Shown in pieces: positions 24,333-38,896 of a stretch of 64,000 bases of DNA. The position numbers and the translations under genes were made by a program. Position 1 is the first letter of the stretch. The number at the start of each line of letters is the position of its first letter. The notes beneath the pieces were generated by a model. That model was not told the DNA's origin. It saw only the letters and a list, made by a program, of their open reading frames with translations, and did not search any database. Source of the DNA: Octopus bimaculoides (taxonomy: Eukaryota); contig NC_068982.1 of the NCBI RefSeq assembly GCF_001194135.2, positions 11,558,676 through 11,622,675 on the forward strand, written 5' to 3'.

Positions 24333-27102
24333 GTCAGTGCATACCAAGAACCTGATTCTATTGGAATCCTCATTTTAATTCTTTTATATGTATATATAAC
24401 TTGGGCTGAATGAATTAGGTTGTTACATGGAAAAATGCAAGCAAGAGAAATATTCTTAAGATTATAAATTTGGAAAAGTTCAGGACAAGTTATTACATCT
24501 GGTAAAGTAGAGAAGAAAATTTTTACTGAAAATATTGCAGCTAAGGATAAAATTTGAAATAAAATATTTAGATTTAGAAAATATTAGCTTTTATTAAATC
24601 TAAAATTTTTATTACAAGTTATTACCTCTATTTGTTATTACTTGTTACTTCTATTAAAAATTAAAAATAACTCAAAATATTTTTTGCACTTTAAAAAAAT
24701 TAATTTTTAAAATTATTTATTAATAAATAGAAATTTGAAAATAGGTTATAAAAAATAATAGTAGTACATAATTANNNNNNNNNNGAAAATAGGTTATAAA
24801 AAATAATAGTAGTACATAATTATTTCGTATAATAAATAGAATAATACAAAAATTAGTTATATATTGCAGTAAAATCTGCTTATGACAACAAATTCACAGT
24901 AAAATTTGCTTGAGTTATTGCCTAAGTTATTACCAAGACTTCACACTTTTAGTCTTAACCCCATGCCTATTTTTTACTTAATGAATTTGCCTACCATATA
25001 TACTATTCTACTTTGCATAACACTTTAGCTATATTGGTGCTTCTGGCTCTCATTTTTTATGATGATAAGCATCTGCAGATGTGGCATGGCTAGGAAGTTT
25101 GCCTCCCAATAATGTGGTTTTAGGTTCAGTTTCACTGTGTGGCACATTGTGTAAATGTTTACTATATCCCTAGATAGATCAAAGCCTTGTGAGTAAATGT
25201 TGCTGATGGAAACTGAAAGAAAGCCATGATATGTGTATATATATGTGTTTGTGCTTCATCTTGACATCACGTGATAGTTGTAAACGAGTGTCACCATCAT
25301 ACAAGCTGGGTCATTTGTTTCCAATCTTTTATGAAAACATGTTTGATTGCAGGGAAATATTTCTTTGCTTGGAAACAAGTGAGTGTTGGTGATAGGAAAG
25401 GCATCTGGCCATTGGAAATTTTAGTAAGTTCCTTTTGGCCTATGCATGCATAGAAAAGTAGATGTTAAAACAATAATGATGATAAATATCCATTTGAATG
25501 TGATTAGTGATATTTAACTCTTAGTGTAATTTCTGTTCTGAATGATAAAGCTTAATTTTTATTTTAAAACTTCACATTATTTCTTTATAATTTCTTATGA
25601 AGTTTACTTGCTAAACTAGAAATATATTTCGAACTTTTGCTTTTGGCTGCAAGGATAAATCAATACTGATATGTTACCTAAACACCAATATTAAATTGAC
25701 TCACCACCACTGCACTCCACCTTTGAAAGTTTAATCAGTTTGAATTTCAGAATTACCTCTCTTGTTTTCTTGATAAGAATTACTGTTAACCATAATGATT
25801 TTACTCTTCATTATGGGTGTAATTTCATCTAAATTTGAACAAAATTTGTTCACTACATTGTTAACTTTCGACTCATGTATTCTATTGAAATCCTAAATTA
25901 ATAATGGAGTAGAAGTCAAGAGGACATAAGAAGCATTAAACAAAAAATTTCAGAGTATTGATTTTAAAGTATATTTCATCATATTGAAAATAGTTTGGTG
26001 TGTACGTAAAGGTGGTAGTTTATTTAAAATATCTGAAGCATAAGAAGAGAATAAATTTCTAAATTTCTTTCATATGTCTTACTGATGTGTGAAATGGTGA
26101 ATCTTGTTTATTTTAAAATGAGTTAGAAATGAAGTTTTAAATAGCGTTGTTGATCATTCTTTTGTAGTTATTGCTGCTTGTTGTTTCAATTTTCACTTTG
26201 ATTAATAACCATTTAAGTAGAAAGTAATATTGTCTCTAAGAATCCAGGAAAAATAGTTAAAAAGTCATCGGCTTTCAACTTGGTTAATGTTTTTGTTTAT
26301 TGATTTATTTCAATTTTTCAATACAATGCAATTTTTTTTACACCTGTTTAATGTTATTATATAAATTGTGTTGTCATTGTGTACAAGTCGTATATTATCA
26401 GCTAATAAGTGACTTAAAATATTCTTTGTCTTATTACTATTATTATTTATGTCACTTTAGTGAAAAATGATGTTTACCTGTAAGTTTTTGCTGTGTATTT
26501 TCTTCTATCTTCTGATTTTCATCTTCAACAGTTGGATGTCCTAATTAAATTCTCTAGCATTTCAATAAGTTAAAATATTAGTTTTTCTCCTCTTATAGAT
26601 AAAAAAAAAAAGAAAAAAAGCATAATGAGCCTTTCTAAAAAAATACATTAAAATAATGAATCTATTAATTGCTATTGAAGTCTCAGGTAATTAGCAGCAG
26701 ATGTGAACATTTAACTCAAAAGAGGTTTCCAGTAATCATATATGTATCATACACTTCAAAGTAATTTATAATTTCAAATATTGCGTCAATTATTTTGTGT
26801 ATTTTATTAAGAGAAAAAAAAAATTCCTGATGACAAGGAAGTCAAGAAGACAATAGGCACAATGTTTGATGTGTAATCTCTTTGCGTTCCTTTGCATAGT
26901 CAGAAAATATATTTGATTCATTATTAGCCAAAGAGTTAAAGAAAGGAAGTATATATTTTCTTAGAACATATCTTTAAAAAGTTTGCTTTGCAGGTACATG
27001 GTTCTGGGTTTGATCCCACAATGTCTGTGACTGAAGCAGCTTCAAATTGACTAATGCCTTATGAGTGGATTTTGGTAGTCAAGAATATTTATATATCTGT
27101 TA

Positions 27103-27832
27103 TCTTTTACTTGTTTCAGTCATTACACTGCAGCCATGCTGGGGCACTGTCTCAAAGAATTTTAAGCAAAATGAATCAACTCCACTACTTATTATTTTTT
27201 TAAACCTGGTATTTATTCTGTCTGTCTCTTGCCAAACCATTGATTTATGGGGATATAAGCACGCCCACATCAGTTGTCAAGTAGTGGTGGGACACACACA
27301 CACATACAGACAGACAGGCACACACACACAGAGACAGACAGACACACAGAGACAGAGACACAGAGGCACAGAGACACCGACACACAGAGACAGAGACACA
27401 AACACACAGAGACACAAACACACAGAGACACAAACACACAGAGACACAAATACACAGAGACACAGAAACACTGGCACACAGAAATACGGGCACACAGAGA
27501 CACAGGTACACAGACACACAGGGACTCAGGCACACAGACACACACACACACAGACGCACACACACACAGACACAGACACAGTGATACACACACAGACACA
27601 GAGATACACACACAGACACAGAGATACACACACAGACACACATACAGACACACAGACATGCACACAGACACACAGATACAGACACACACACACAGCCACA
27701 CATACACAGGCACACACACATACACTGGCACACACATACACTGACACAGGCACACGCACACACACATACACCACCGGCACATACACAGACACACACACAC
27801 ACACCACAAGCTTCTTTCAGTTTCCATATACC
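27103..27832 (-). mobile_element. SINE family A with a ~500 bp expanded internal (CA/GA) compound microsatellite (27289-27802)
   Basis: Family A tail and body flank the acacagagac-type array. Confidence 0.85.
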
Positions 27833-28401
27833 AAATATATATATATACTCAATATTTGAATGTAAAATACATTACAAAAAATTGTAAAAGTATTTTTGTA
27901 ACTTTATTCCTGTAAATGATTTCAATTTTTAGTGTACATGGTGTACCTGTAGCTTACTAAGATTATTCAATGTGGATCATATAGATAATATTCTAATAAC
28001 TTACTTTAAAAAACAATTTTTTTAAATTTAGTAATCATTTGGACATTCTAGCTTTAATACTTTGTAAAATATCAGAATAAACAACAAAAAAAAAACAATT
28101 ACCATGAATCAAAAGTCTCTGATTCTCTAATATTTTTGGTGGTTGAATAAGAAACAGAATTGTGGCTATTAAAAATAAATTTTTTGTTTTTAGTATTTCA
28201 CTACAAAATCTTCAAAATAATTTCCTATTTCTAATACCTCCCATTGTACATTAAGATCAAGAATTTTATTAGATTGTAGATTTCCAGTTTTTCAATATTT
28301 AGAAAGGAATGCAGTAGACAAACTAAAAAAAAGGCATTTCAGTTTCTTGTATCAGCATTTAAAACCTTAATGTAATTTCACTTATTTTCAGCAAAAGGTC
28401 A

Positions 28402-28620
28402 GTTATTGACCTTGATCTTGCTGAATCTTTTTTGATCTTTGATTTTCCTGATATTGTCTTGACAAAATTATCTGCCTGTGGGTAATTCTTGCTGTCATTG
28501 TTTAACTGGTTTGAAAGCTTCCTGACAAGACGTTACATTAAGGCTTGTCAGTACCATCCATCTTAACCCTATCAACTTACTCTGCCTAACTCATGTGGTG
28601 CACATGTTTATGTGTGAACT
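28402..28620 (+). mobile_element. CR1/L2-type LINE RT fragment
   Basis: VIDLDLAESF..IVLTKLSACG*..LFNWFESFLTRR resembles LDxxKAFD..LLxKL..G..WIxSFLxxR. Confidence 0.45.
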
Positions 28621-31351
28621 GGGATTGTGTGGCAGATATGTGAGCATTAAACAGTGCATAGTTGAGTTTGGGAAGAGGTTAGTGCTCTGAGGATAAAGCA
28701 TATTTTTGCTCTGAAGTTAATAAAATGTAGTCTTTGTGGTAGATACAGTTTTGATGTAAAAAATGCATGGTTTGCACAAATGATTAGGCCAAGAATTTGT
28801 GTAAATAATGTAAATATTCAATCTGTTTGATTTTCATAAGTGAAACAAAAATTGTATTCATAATTTTTTTCTATCAGAGTTGTTCTTTCTACATTGCTGA
28901 AGGAGAAACTGTAATTAATTTTTATTGTAGGATGCTTTAAGCTTTCCCACTCAGAGGATATGTAGAAGTCTATAAAGTGACTTTGGTGGTTGATGCCTGA
29001 CTATTTAGAGTAAGGAAGGAATATAGAATGCTACTGTTATGAATTTAGAAGTGAAAGAAGAAATGAAACTGTAGATGAGAGAAAAAAAGAATAGAAGGGA
29101 ATATTTTTAGTTTGTCTTCTTTTTCACAGTCCACTCAGTATCTGTAGTCACTAGCTTTTTGATGTTGACTAAATTAAATAGATTCACACAACTTAACTAT
29201 CTACTTTGTTGACTTACCCATCACTAGAGTTATGTTGCCCCAACATTATTTCAATGGCAAACTGATATCTGCAAATCTTCAAACTGCTATTGATACTTTC
29301 TAAAATTTCATTTGAAACAAAAATCTCACAAAGCCCTTCTCCCTTCCCATCCTTCTCCTATTACAAGAAGGACTTCTTGGTCTTGGTTTCCATTTTCAGA
29401 GAAATTGAGAAATATGAGATTGTTTCTGATGAAAACTGAAAATTACATCTACAAGTTAGTCTTTTGGCGACCAATGTGTTAAAAATCTGATTGTTATTTA
29501 ATATGTAAGATTTGTTTTCAAAGTTTAAACAGTTTTTTTTTTTTACAATGTGATGATAACTGAACTACTGTCATAATTAATCTTTGTGGTTCTCAAGCCT
29601 TAGGGAGCTTTTATGAATTGACAGCTCAAATTTGTTGGCATAAAGCTGATGAAAGACAGATATTCTTCAGAAAAGATATTAATTTATTGCAATTGGCAGT
29701 CTTAGAGGATCAGCTGGTACCTATTTCTCACAGTTTGGCCAACAAACTAATAATTGAATTAAGCTTATTTTTCAAATAAATTACAAAATTCCTGCAATAG
29801 ATTTGAGTTCAAAACTTGTAAAACTAATCTCTGTATTCTATAATTACTTGGACATTTTATTTCTATAGTTTTTGAAATTGTATAAAATTAGATTAGAAAA
29901 GTCTTTTAGTGACTTTATTTCTAATAAAAATACACAGTTTGTGTGTTTCAATTAAATCTGAAAATAATCAAGAATTTGGATGGATTTTGAAAAATAGAAT
30001 TTTTTTTGTGATTATTAAGCTGGTGCTTGGAACTCACTTTAGGTTCTTAAATAAAATGGTTAAACTTTTAATTTAAATACAAATGTTTTAAAATTGGCAG
30101 TTTAGTTTAACAAAACCAGAGGCAATTTCAGACAGGTTGGTATTAAGGTGAATGGAAATCAAGTCATAAGAAAAAAAGCATGAATAAAAATGAAAATTTC
30201 AGTTGAGAAACAATGTCACAAGGTCAAAGAAAAAGGCTCATTTAACATAAATATGATAAATAAGTCAGTTATTAAGCATAACATTTTGTATGCAATTTAT
30301 ATAATAAAATTACATGTATGTGTATACAATTGATATAATGACATATGTTATGTGAACAAAACACTGTATATGTGTGTGTGTGTGCATGCACTTGTAATCC
30401 AGGCTCTCACAGAGAAGCATATATTTGTTGTGTACTCCTCCTTCCACAATTTGGTATCAACAAGCTTAAAATGAGTTGGTGTCTCTTTGTGACTAAGACT
30501 TTTATTTCAATAGTCTGAACGGTTACTTAAAACTGAAAATGATAAGGAAATCTGCATTGCCAAAATGATAAAGTGCATATTTGATATTAATTTTGAGTAG
30601 CTTACATAAGAAATTGAAATCTAGGTCATCTACATGACAAATAAGCAGCTCACATAGCTAAAGATGTCAACATAGAGATAAGTACAGGCATTTTCAAGTC
30701 CATACACTATTTATTTTCATTAATTCTACATAGCTTTCACACTGCAGATTAAATATATTATCTTAAAGCAAAATGATCAGATATAGATTTAATTTTTGTA
30801 AAAGAAAAAATAAAATTAGTGACTTACTGCAAAAAGTTATTTCATATAACAATGTCTATATAATTTCCATGTACATAATTTATCCTTTTATTTACTATGG
30901 GTTGGGGAAGAAGGAAAATATTGGTAATTAATGTGAACAGAAATCTGAAACAGCTGGTATATTTTCTAATGTATTTTTGAATAGAGAAAAACACACTTTT
31001 CTTTGTTTAATATCCACTAGGATCTGACCTAAATGAGATATTCAAAATATCAACAATATTATACCTATCATATTACCTAAAGAAAGATAATGAAAAGACA
31101 TTAAGTGTTTAAACAAGCTAAAATATAGAACAGTTTACAGCATTTAATACTTTTCCAATGTAAAGAGATAAGGATTCTCTTTCTTTTTATACATAGTTAA
31201 TAATTTTTTGTTGGTTTTATATATACATAAAACGTGTACATGGGTATGCATATTACATTGCCTATTGTATATATATGCATATGCTAATATATATACATGC
31301 TTATATATACTATATATTATATATATCTATACATATCAACTATATAGATTA

Positions 31352-31409
<58 letters not shown>

Positions 31410-31810
31410 NNNNNNNNNNNNNNNNNNNNNNNNNNNNNNNNNNNNNNNNNNNNNNNNNNNNNNNNNNNNNNNNNNNNNNNNNNNNNNNNNNNNNNNNNNN
31501 NNNNNNNNNNNNNNNNNNNNNNNNNNNNNNNNNNNNNNNNNNNNNNNNNNNNNNNNNNNNNNNNNNNNNNNNNNNNNNNNNNNNNNNNNNNNNNNNNNNN
31601 NNNNNNNNNNNNNNNNNNNNNNNNNNNNNNNNNNNNNNNNNNNNNNNNNNNNNNNNNNNNNNNNNNNNNNNNNNNNNNNNNNNNNNNNNNNNNNNNNNNN
31701 NNNNNNNNNNNNNNNNNNNNNNNNNNNNNNNNNNNNNNNNNNNNNNNNNNNNNNNNNNNNNNNNNNNNNNNNNNNNNNNNNNNNNNNNNNNNNNNNNNNN
31801 NNNNNNNNNN

Positions 31811-31875
<65 letters not shown>

Positions 31876-31934
31876 TAAGTTTTGACCAAAAATTGGCCAG
31901 GGCCATGTCTAACTTAATAGCACCACCTGATATA

Positions 31935-32035
31935 CAGGGTGGGCCAAAAGTAGGTGGACAGTAAAAAAACATTTATAATATAACCGATACATAAACCTGT
32001 TCCAAATACTGTCCACCTACTTTTGGCTCACCCTG
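31935..32035. mobile_element. 101 bp Tc1/mariner-like MITE
   Basis: 29 bp TIRs cagggtgggccaaaagtaggtggacagta and tactgtccacctacttttggctcaccctg, flanked by TA. Confidence 0.9.
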
Positions 32036-32269
32036 TATATATAATATATATAGTGTATATGTATGTATGTATGAAGAATTTTAGTAGAATGAATCAACCA
32101 CTGTATGTAATTTTTTTTTTATTTAAGCTTGGTACTTATTCTATTGCTGAACTGGTAAGTTATAGGGACATAAATACACCATCACCAATTGTGAAACGGT
32201 AGTGAGGGACAAACATGTGCAAAGAAGCACGTGCACACACACACACACACACATTAGCCATGATAGATC

Positions 32270-32443
32270 GCTAGCCACTAAACCTTTTTCTATTTTCTCT
32301 CCTTGTTTATTTCTGTGTTCCTGTCTGTCAAAGAGCGTAAGCTCAAAATGTAAAGGACTTTCTCACTTCCCGAGCGTTAAACTAATACATCTGTTTGTTG
32401 TTTACTCACCCGTCTTCATCTTTTGTTTTTTTTGTAAATTCTC

Positions 32444-32481
<38 letters not shown>

Positions 32482-32569
32482 AGTTTCTCTCATTCTCTCT
32501 TTATTTTCTCTTATTCTTTTCTGTTGAAGAACGTAGGCTCAAAAACATAAAAGACTTTTTCATTTTCCT
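32270..32569 (+). repeat. Two tandem PLE-pLTR-like fragments with degenerate hammerhead-like cores, separated by (TA)n
   Basis: ctgtcaa-agagc-gtaa-gctc-aaaat (~32326) and ctgttga-agaac-gtag-gctc-aaaaac (~32521). Confidence 0.5.
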
Positions 32570-32803
32570 NNNNNNNNNNNNNNNNNNNNNNNNNNNNNNN
32601 NNNNNNNNNNNNNNNNNNNNNNNNNNNNNNNNNNNNNNNNNNNNNNNNNNNNNNNNNNNNNNNNNNNNNNNNNNNNNNNNNNNNNNNNNNNNNNNNNNNN
32701 NNNNNNNNNNNNNNNNNNNNNNNNNNNNNNNNNNNNNNNNNNNNNNNNNNNNNNNNNNNNNNNNNNNNNNNNNNNNNNNNNNNNNNNNNNNNNNNNNNNN
32801 NNN

Positions 32804-32834
<31 letters not shown>

Positions 32835-35800
32835 ATGCATCTGTGTATATAGGTATGTATTTTTGATTGTGTGTTTTTGCATCAAATATGTTACCATCTA
32901 TTGGCAGAATATCTAAATTTTTATATTTTTATCATTTAAATTTAATTAGAAAAATTGGATTAAAAATTAATCTATAACAAATCCTAGTGCTGTTGTGAAA
33001 GGAGAATTTAAAATCATATTTTTAAAGCTGCTATGAAAGTCGAATATCTGAAAGTATTTTTATGCTTTGATTTGCTATTTTTATTTTGCATTTATTTTTT
33101 TTTTGCATGATTTTAACTGAATATTGATGTTAGTATTTAAGAATGTGTTTAAAATTATCTGCATCTGTATAGGTATAAAAATTACATATATTCTTGAAAT
33201 TATCTGCTCTTTCATCTTTGTTGTGCAATAATGGCAGATTGTTAAATCACCTTCATCTTTAAGATTTTTCATTCTATTTATTGAGAATTTTTATCTGATT
33301 TCATATCTTTCTACAATTAAACATTGATATCAATTTCTAACATTGGAGCAAGAGCACATATTTTTCGTTAAAGAATGTAGTTAATTTAATCAAGCTCTTT
33401 TTGTACTTATTTTCTTTGGCATTGCATCAGTGGAAAGACCTCAACTCTAGCAGAATTTGAACTGAGAACATAGAACTAAATGTTGCAAAAATTCACTACT
33501 TAACTGTCAATTAAAAATGTATAATAAATACAAATGATTGATAGATTAGAGAAAGAGAAATTTTTCTTTCTTTTTTTTTTTTGCATTTCATCATAAATCA
33601 CCCATACAGATTTTGAAATAGTTGACACACTTAGGCTTTTGATAACTGAGATCATGGGACCTGTTTATTTTTTGTTTAAAAAAATTTTTTTTTTTAATAA
33701 CATGATAACATAGCAGTATGTGGCAGAAGGCTTCAATAGAAAATAGGTGCAATAGAGTTTTCCAGCAGCTGCTTCGTTGCAAACATCTGAAGAGTCTGTG
33801 TCTATTCATTTATACAAGGCTTTACTTTCTGTATATAACAACCTGAATAATTTGTATGAACAGAAAACTACTTTTTGGTCTCCAGTGATGCAGCCTCCTA
33901 CCTTTTATAAATGTTTGTTGTGGAACAGATTGAAATAAAGATATTTCAGTGACTTGTTTAGTCATCATTGGAAAATATCAAGCATAATAAATCTACACAA
34001 TGTAGCTTAGCTGCATTCGTAACACATGTAATTAAATATATTGCAATAATTGAACTTATTATAAATTTCATAGCAAATGCTGTATTTTTTGGTGTAAAAA
34101 GAAATAAGAATTACTACAAACCTTCTGCCCCTCCCCTCCCTCACCCTATTATACAGCTGTGATTACAAAGTCTGTCATGAAGGTGATAAAATTATGTATT
34201 TCTGTTCTGGTTTTTTTTTTTTTATATAAAAAAAACCCATACACATATTTTAAAATAATAGAAATAATAATTTATATCATGCACATACATTTTTTAATAA
34301 TTTCTGTTGATATTCTGTTTTTGTTTATTATAATGAAACCCAGTAAAATTATGCAGCTTGATTTATTAAACTACTTTGTTTTGTATTTTAATATCTTATT
34401 ACTGTTTATCACAGTAAGTAATCATTATACTATTAACAGAATTCATCATCATTTGTTAGAAATCATATTATTTTTTATTTTCAATACTGAGCTGTCATTG
34501 AAGATTCAATACTTGGATTCTATTGTGTCAATAACATCTGTTAAGTTTCTTCCAGGTTTCCATTTAACTCTTCTTTGGCATCTTTTGGGGGTAAATGCAG
34601 TTTTATTGTATGACCAAGAAGGCACCGTTTGTCTTGTAGGTTTTATTTTCATATCTAACACTAGTATTTATACCCATAAGAAATAAAGACAAAACTATTC
34701 TCTTCATTTTTAGTATCGTCTTTAGTCTAAACAGAAAAGAAGGGAATCAATTAATTAATTATTTAAAATTAATTATTAAATTATCTTTTTTTTTTTATCA
34801 GTTTTCACATTTTTGATTTGTGGCTGAACCATTTAGAAAAAAACTCAGTTAATTCATCTAAAAATTGACTATCATATAAATATTAAGTGTATTAGAGAAG
34901 AGTAATGAAAATATAACCTATCAAATAAACTGCATTGAGTATGTTATAATCTTTTTCTTGATTAGCTTCAGGTTTGTAAGTCTTCAGACTATTAACCTCC
35001 TGTTTTAAGGTGAATAGTCTGGAAATTTATAATCTTATTAAGAATTACTCGTCAACCATTTAGACATTTAGCTTTAGTCTTGTTCATAATTCATTTATTC
35101 CTGGTTTTATTATATTAGCTATTCATTAGAAATTAAATTCCCAAGTAAGCAAGATGAAGTACAAGTTTATATCAGTATTTATTTTCACTTAAGATAATTT
35201 TTATTCATGATACAGAAATTCATCAATGATGAGAGAGAGTGAGAGAGAGACTTCTTCCTTTATCTGCAAATCTCAATAATAATAATAGCAGTAGTTTCTG
35301 TTTCATCCAAGGACCTGTTCAGTCAGATAATGTGAAGTTATGTAATCGTGGTTTGTTCTGATGAACAAACCTTTAAGTTTAAAAACATAAAATAGTTGAA
35401 TCTAAGGAAATTACTGCTGTTCTGCATCAGTTAAAAACTTCTGCAAATAATTTAAGATTAAAGGATCAGTCTTATGATGGTGAGGAAGAAGAAAGATCTA
35501 ACCATTTGTCAGGGAGGGAAGAGATGTCAATTAGTTTTAATCGTTAAATGAATTGGGATTAGAGAGTGGGAAAGAATTGGGAGCAAACTCATGAAGGCTC
35601 CCTTTGTGAATATACATAAATGTTTGGGTGGAAATATTAAAAACACATGCACACACACATGTATTAATATATATATATATATTAATGTGTGGAGGTGCAA
35701 TGGCCCAGTGGTTAGGGCAGTGGGCTCGCAGTTGTAGGATCACGGTTTCGATTCCCAGACCGGGCGTTGTGAGTGTTTATTGAGTGAAAACACCTAAAGC

Positions 35801-36322
35801 TTCTTGAGCCTCCGGCATGGGCTGGTGGCAAACCCTGCTGTACTCTTTCACCACAACTTTCTCTCTTTCTTCCTGTTTCTGTCGTACCTGTATTTCGAAG
35901 GGCCAGCCTTGTCACTCTGTGTCACGCTGAATCTACCCAAGAACTACGTCAAAGGTACATGACTGTTGTTTTACTTGGCTTGATGGGGTCTTCTTCTCAG
36001 GCATGGCATAATGCCAAATGGTTTCAGTCCTTGCTCCCATGAGGCCTAACGCTCGAAAGGTGCTTTTACATGCCACTGGCACAGGTGCCATTTGCATGAC
36101 ACTGGTATCTGGCATGACTGCACTTTTATTTGATTTGATGGGTCTTCTTCTCAAGCAGAACCTAATGACAAAGGTCTCGGTCATTGCCTCTGTGAGGCCT
36201 AACACTCAAAAGGAGCTCAACCACTTTGCATCTTTTAAATGTTTCAGCCCTAAGGCTGTGGCCATGCTGGGACACCTATCATTATTGTCATTTAACAGAT
36301 TGGTTGGTGTTAGGAAGGGCAT

Positions 36323-36504
36323 CAGTAGCCTAGGGTAGTTTTTCTAAGGACACAGTAGACTAGGGTAGTTTTTCTAAGGACACAGTAGCCTAGGGTAGTT
36401 TTTCTAAGGACACAGTAGCCTAGGGTAGTTTTTCTAAGGACACAGTAGCCTAGGGTAGTTTTTCTAAGGACACAGTAGCCTAGGGTAGTTTTTCTAAGGA
36501 CACA
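36323..36504. repeat. 30 bp minisatellite, about 6 near-perfect copies running into an N gap
   Basis: Unit cagtagcctagggtagtttttctaaggaca, with one substitution in copy 2. Confidence 0.97.
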
Positions 36505-37441
36505 NNNNNNNNNNNNNNNNNNNNNNNNNNNNNNNNNNNNNNNNNNNNNNNNNNNNNNNNNNNNNNNNNNNNNNNNNNNNNNNNNNNNNNNNNNNNNNNN
36601 NNNNNNNNNNNNNNNNNNNNNNNNNNNNNNNNNNNNNNNNNNNNNNNNNNNNNNNNNNNNNNNNNNNNNNNNNNNNNNNNNNNNNNNNNNNNNNNNNNNN
36701 NNNNNNNNNNNNNNNNNNNNNNNNNNNNNNNNNNNNNNNNNNNNNNNNNNNNNNNNNNNNNNNNNNNNNNNNNNNNNNNNNNNNNNNNNNNNNNNNNNNN
36801 NNNNNNNNNNNNNNNNNNNNNNNNNNNNNNNNNNNNNNNNNNNNNNNNNNNNNNNNNNNNNNNNNNNNNNNNNNNNNNNNNNNNNNNNNNNNNNNNNNNN
36901 NNNNNNNNNNNNNNNNNNNNNNNNNNNNNNNNNNNNNNNNNNNNNNNNNNNNNNNNNNNNNNNNNNNNNNNNNNNNNNNNNNNNNNNNNNNNNNNNNNNN
37001 NNNNNNNNNNNNNNNNNNNNNNNNNNNNNNNNNNNNNNNNNNNNNNNNNNNNNNNNNNNNNNNNNNNNNNNNNNNNNNNNNNNNNNNNNNNNNNNNNNNN
37101 NNNNNNNNNNNNNNNNNNNNNNNNNNNNNNNNNNNNNNNNNNNNNNNNNNNNNNNNNNNNNNNNNNNNNNNNNNNNNNNNNNNNNNNNNNNNNNNNNNNN
37201 NNNNNNNNNNNNNNNNNNNNNNNNNNNNNNNNNNNNNNNNNNNNNNNNNNNNNNNNNNNNNNNNNNNNNNNNNNNNNNNNNNNNNNNNNNNNNNNNNNNN
37301 NNNNNNNNNNNNNNNNNNNNNNNNNNNNNNNNNNNNNNNNNNNNNNNNNNNNNNNNNNNNNNNNNNNNNNNNNNNNNNNNNNNNNNNNNNNNNNNNNNNN
37401 NNNNNNNNNNNNNNNNNNNNNNNNNNNNNNNNNNNNNNNNN

Positions 37442-37517
<76 letters not shown>

Positions 37518-38896
37518 TACATTAGATATATCTATTATTGATGACTTTGTGTCTCACCAAATAAGCTTTTTAAACAGATATAATATTCAATGTCGTAGTT
37601 CAGCTTCTATAGTTATAAATGCCATTTAGCATTTTGAAATTAGAATTATTCAAAATAAATAACATAGCTGAAGACATTTTATGTTGTATAAAATGGGGAT
37701 AAGTTAAGGGTAGAGAAAATGTGTGAGATAGGGCTGTAGCGTACAAAAAGTACTGGGAGATATGTAACTGTGCAGAGAGATAAAGGTTTTGAAATAGATA
37801 GGTAACTATAGATGAAGCTCTGGCGGGTGAGGAAGTAATACATTGAATAGTGAAATTAGTGTAAACTGTATTAATTGCAGTAAGTAGAGGGGGGGGGGGT
37901 CGTAATCCCTGTTTTTACTTGTGATTATGTGAAAAGGAAAAAGTAAACAAGTGAGGATGAAAAATTACACTTGTAGAGATAGTAAATGCCATGAAGAAAT
38001 TTAGGCTGGTCACTATAGCACAAAACAGTCAAGTCACCAACCACTTCAAGTCAGAGGTCTGAGAAGGAATTTTCATAGGAAGGGGAAAGAGAAGAGAAGA
38101 AAAAGAAGGCACCAGACAAGGAGATTAGGAGGGGTGGGGGTGAGGTAGGAGAAAAAGAAAGATAAGAGAAAAGGAAAAGGAGATGTAAAAGTGGGAGGAG
38201 GAGGAGGAGAAGAGTCATAAGTGGTGAAAAAGGAAAAACTAGCAGAGATAAATAAGTGCATATGTAAAGGATGTATAAAGAAGTTAAGTGGTAGCAGTGA
38301 GAGGTAGTCTGATGATTGGAACTTTTGCAAATGTAAGCTGCAAGTTTAAAGATAAGAGTAAAAATGAAATAACTATAATAAAAGATAATTAACTAACTAG
38401 ACTGCAGAAATCTGCAGAGAAGTGGGGGAAGTGACAGGGGTTGGAGTAAAAATTAATACAAAAGTTAAATTAGGCAGAGCAGACTGGGATTGCTATAATA
38501 ATGGGGTAGATGGTCGGCAAGGATTAACATTGGAATGGCATTATAAATTAATGTTCTAGAAACCCAAATGTTATTAATTTTAGTGTCAAAATTATGGCAC
38601 AAGGGAGAGGGGTTAAGTCAATTATATTGATCACAGTGCTCAACTAGTACTTATTTTATCGACCCTGAAAGGATGAAAAGTAAAGTCACCCTCAGTGGAA
38701 TTTGAACTCCGGAAGAAAAGATAGATGAATTACCACTAAGCATTTTGTCCTGCATGCTACTGATTCTGCCAGCTCGCAGCCCTCCAAATGTTATTTAGAT
38801 TAAAATAATTCAATGTACATAAATGTGAAGGCTTAAATCAGGGCAATATATCCATATATGTGTGTTTGTGAGTATATACATATATGGGGTGGGGGT

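Noticed and set aside
24716-24830. Direct duplication of ~38 bp on both sides of a 10-N gap
   Set aside because: Typical unmerged contig overlap; assembly artefact.
27065-27859. 264 aa and 185 aa ORFs rich in T/H/Q/R or C/V
   Set aside because: Translations of a dinucleotide-type array inside a SINE.
34159-34686. 175 aa + strand ORF rich in I/F/L/Y
   Set aside because: Composition reflects T-rich non-coding DNA; no motif.
35689-35760. tRNA-like sequence with A and B boxes
   Set aside because: Head of a SINE B copy that continues into the SINE body; not a tRNA gene.
36323-36504. Regular repeats as a possible CRISPR array
   Set aside because: Units are contiguous with no unique spacers; eukaryotic context.
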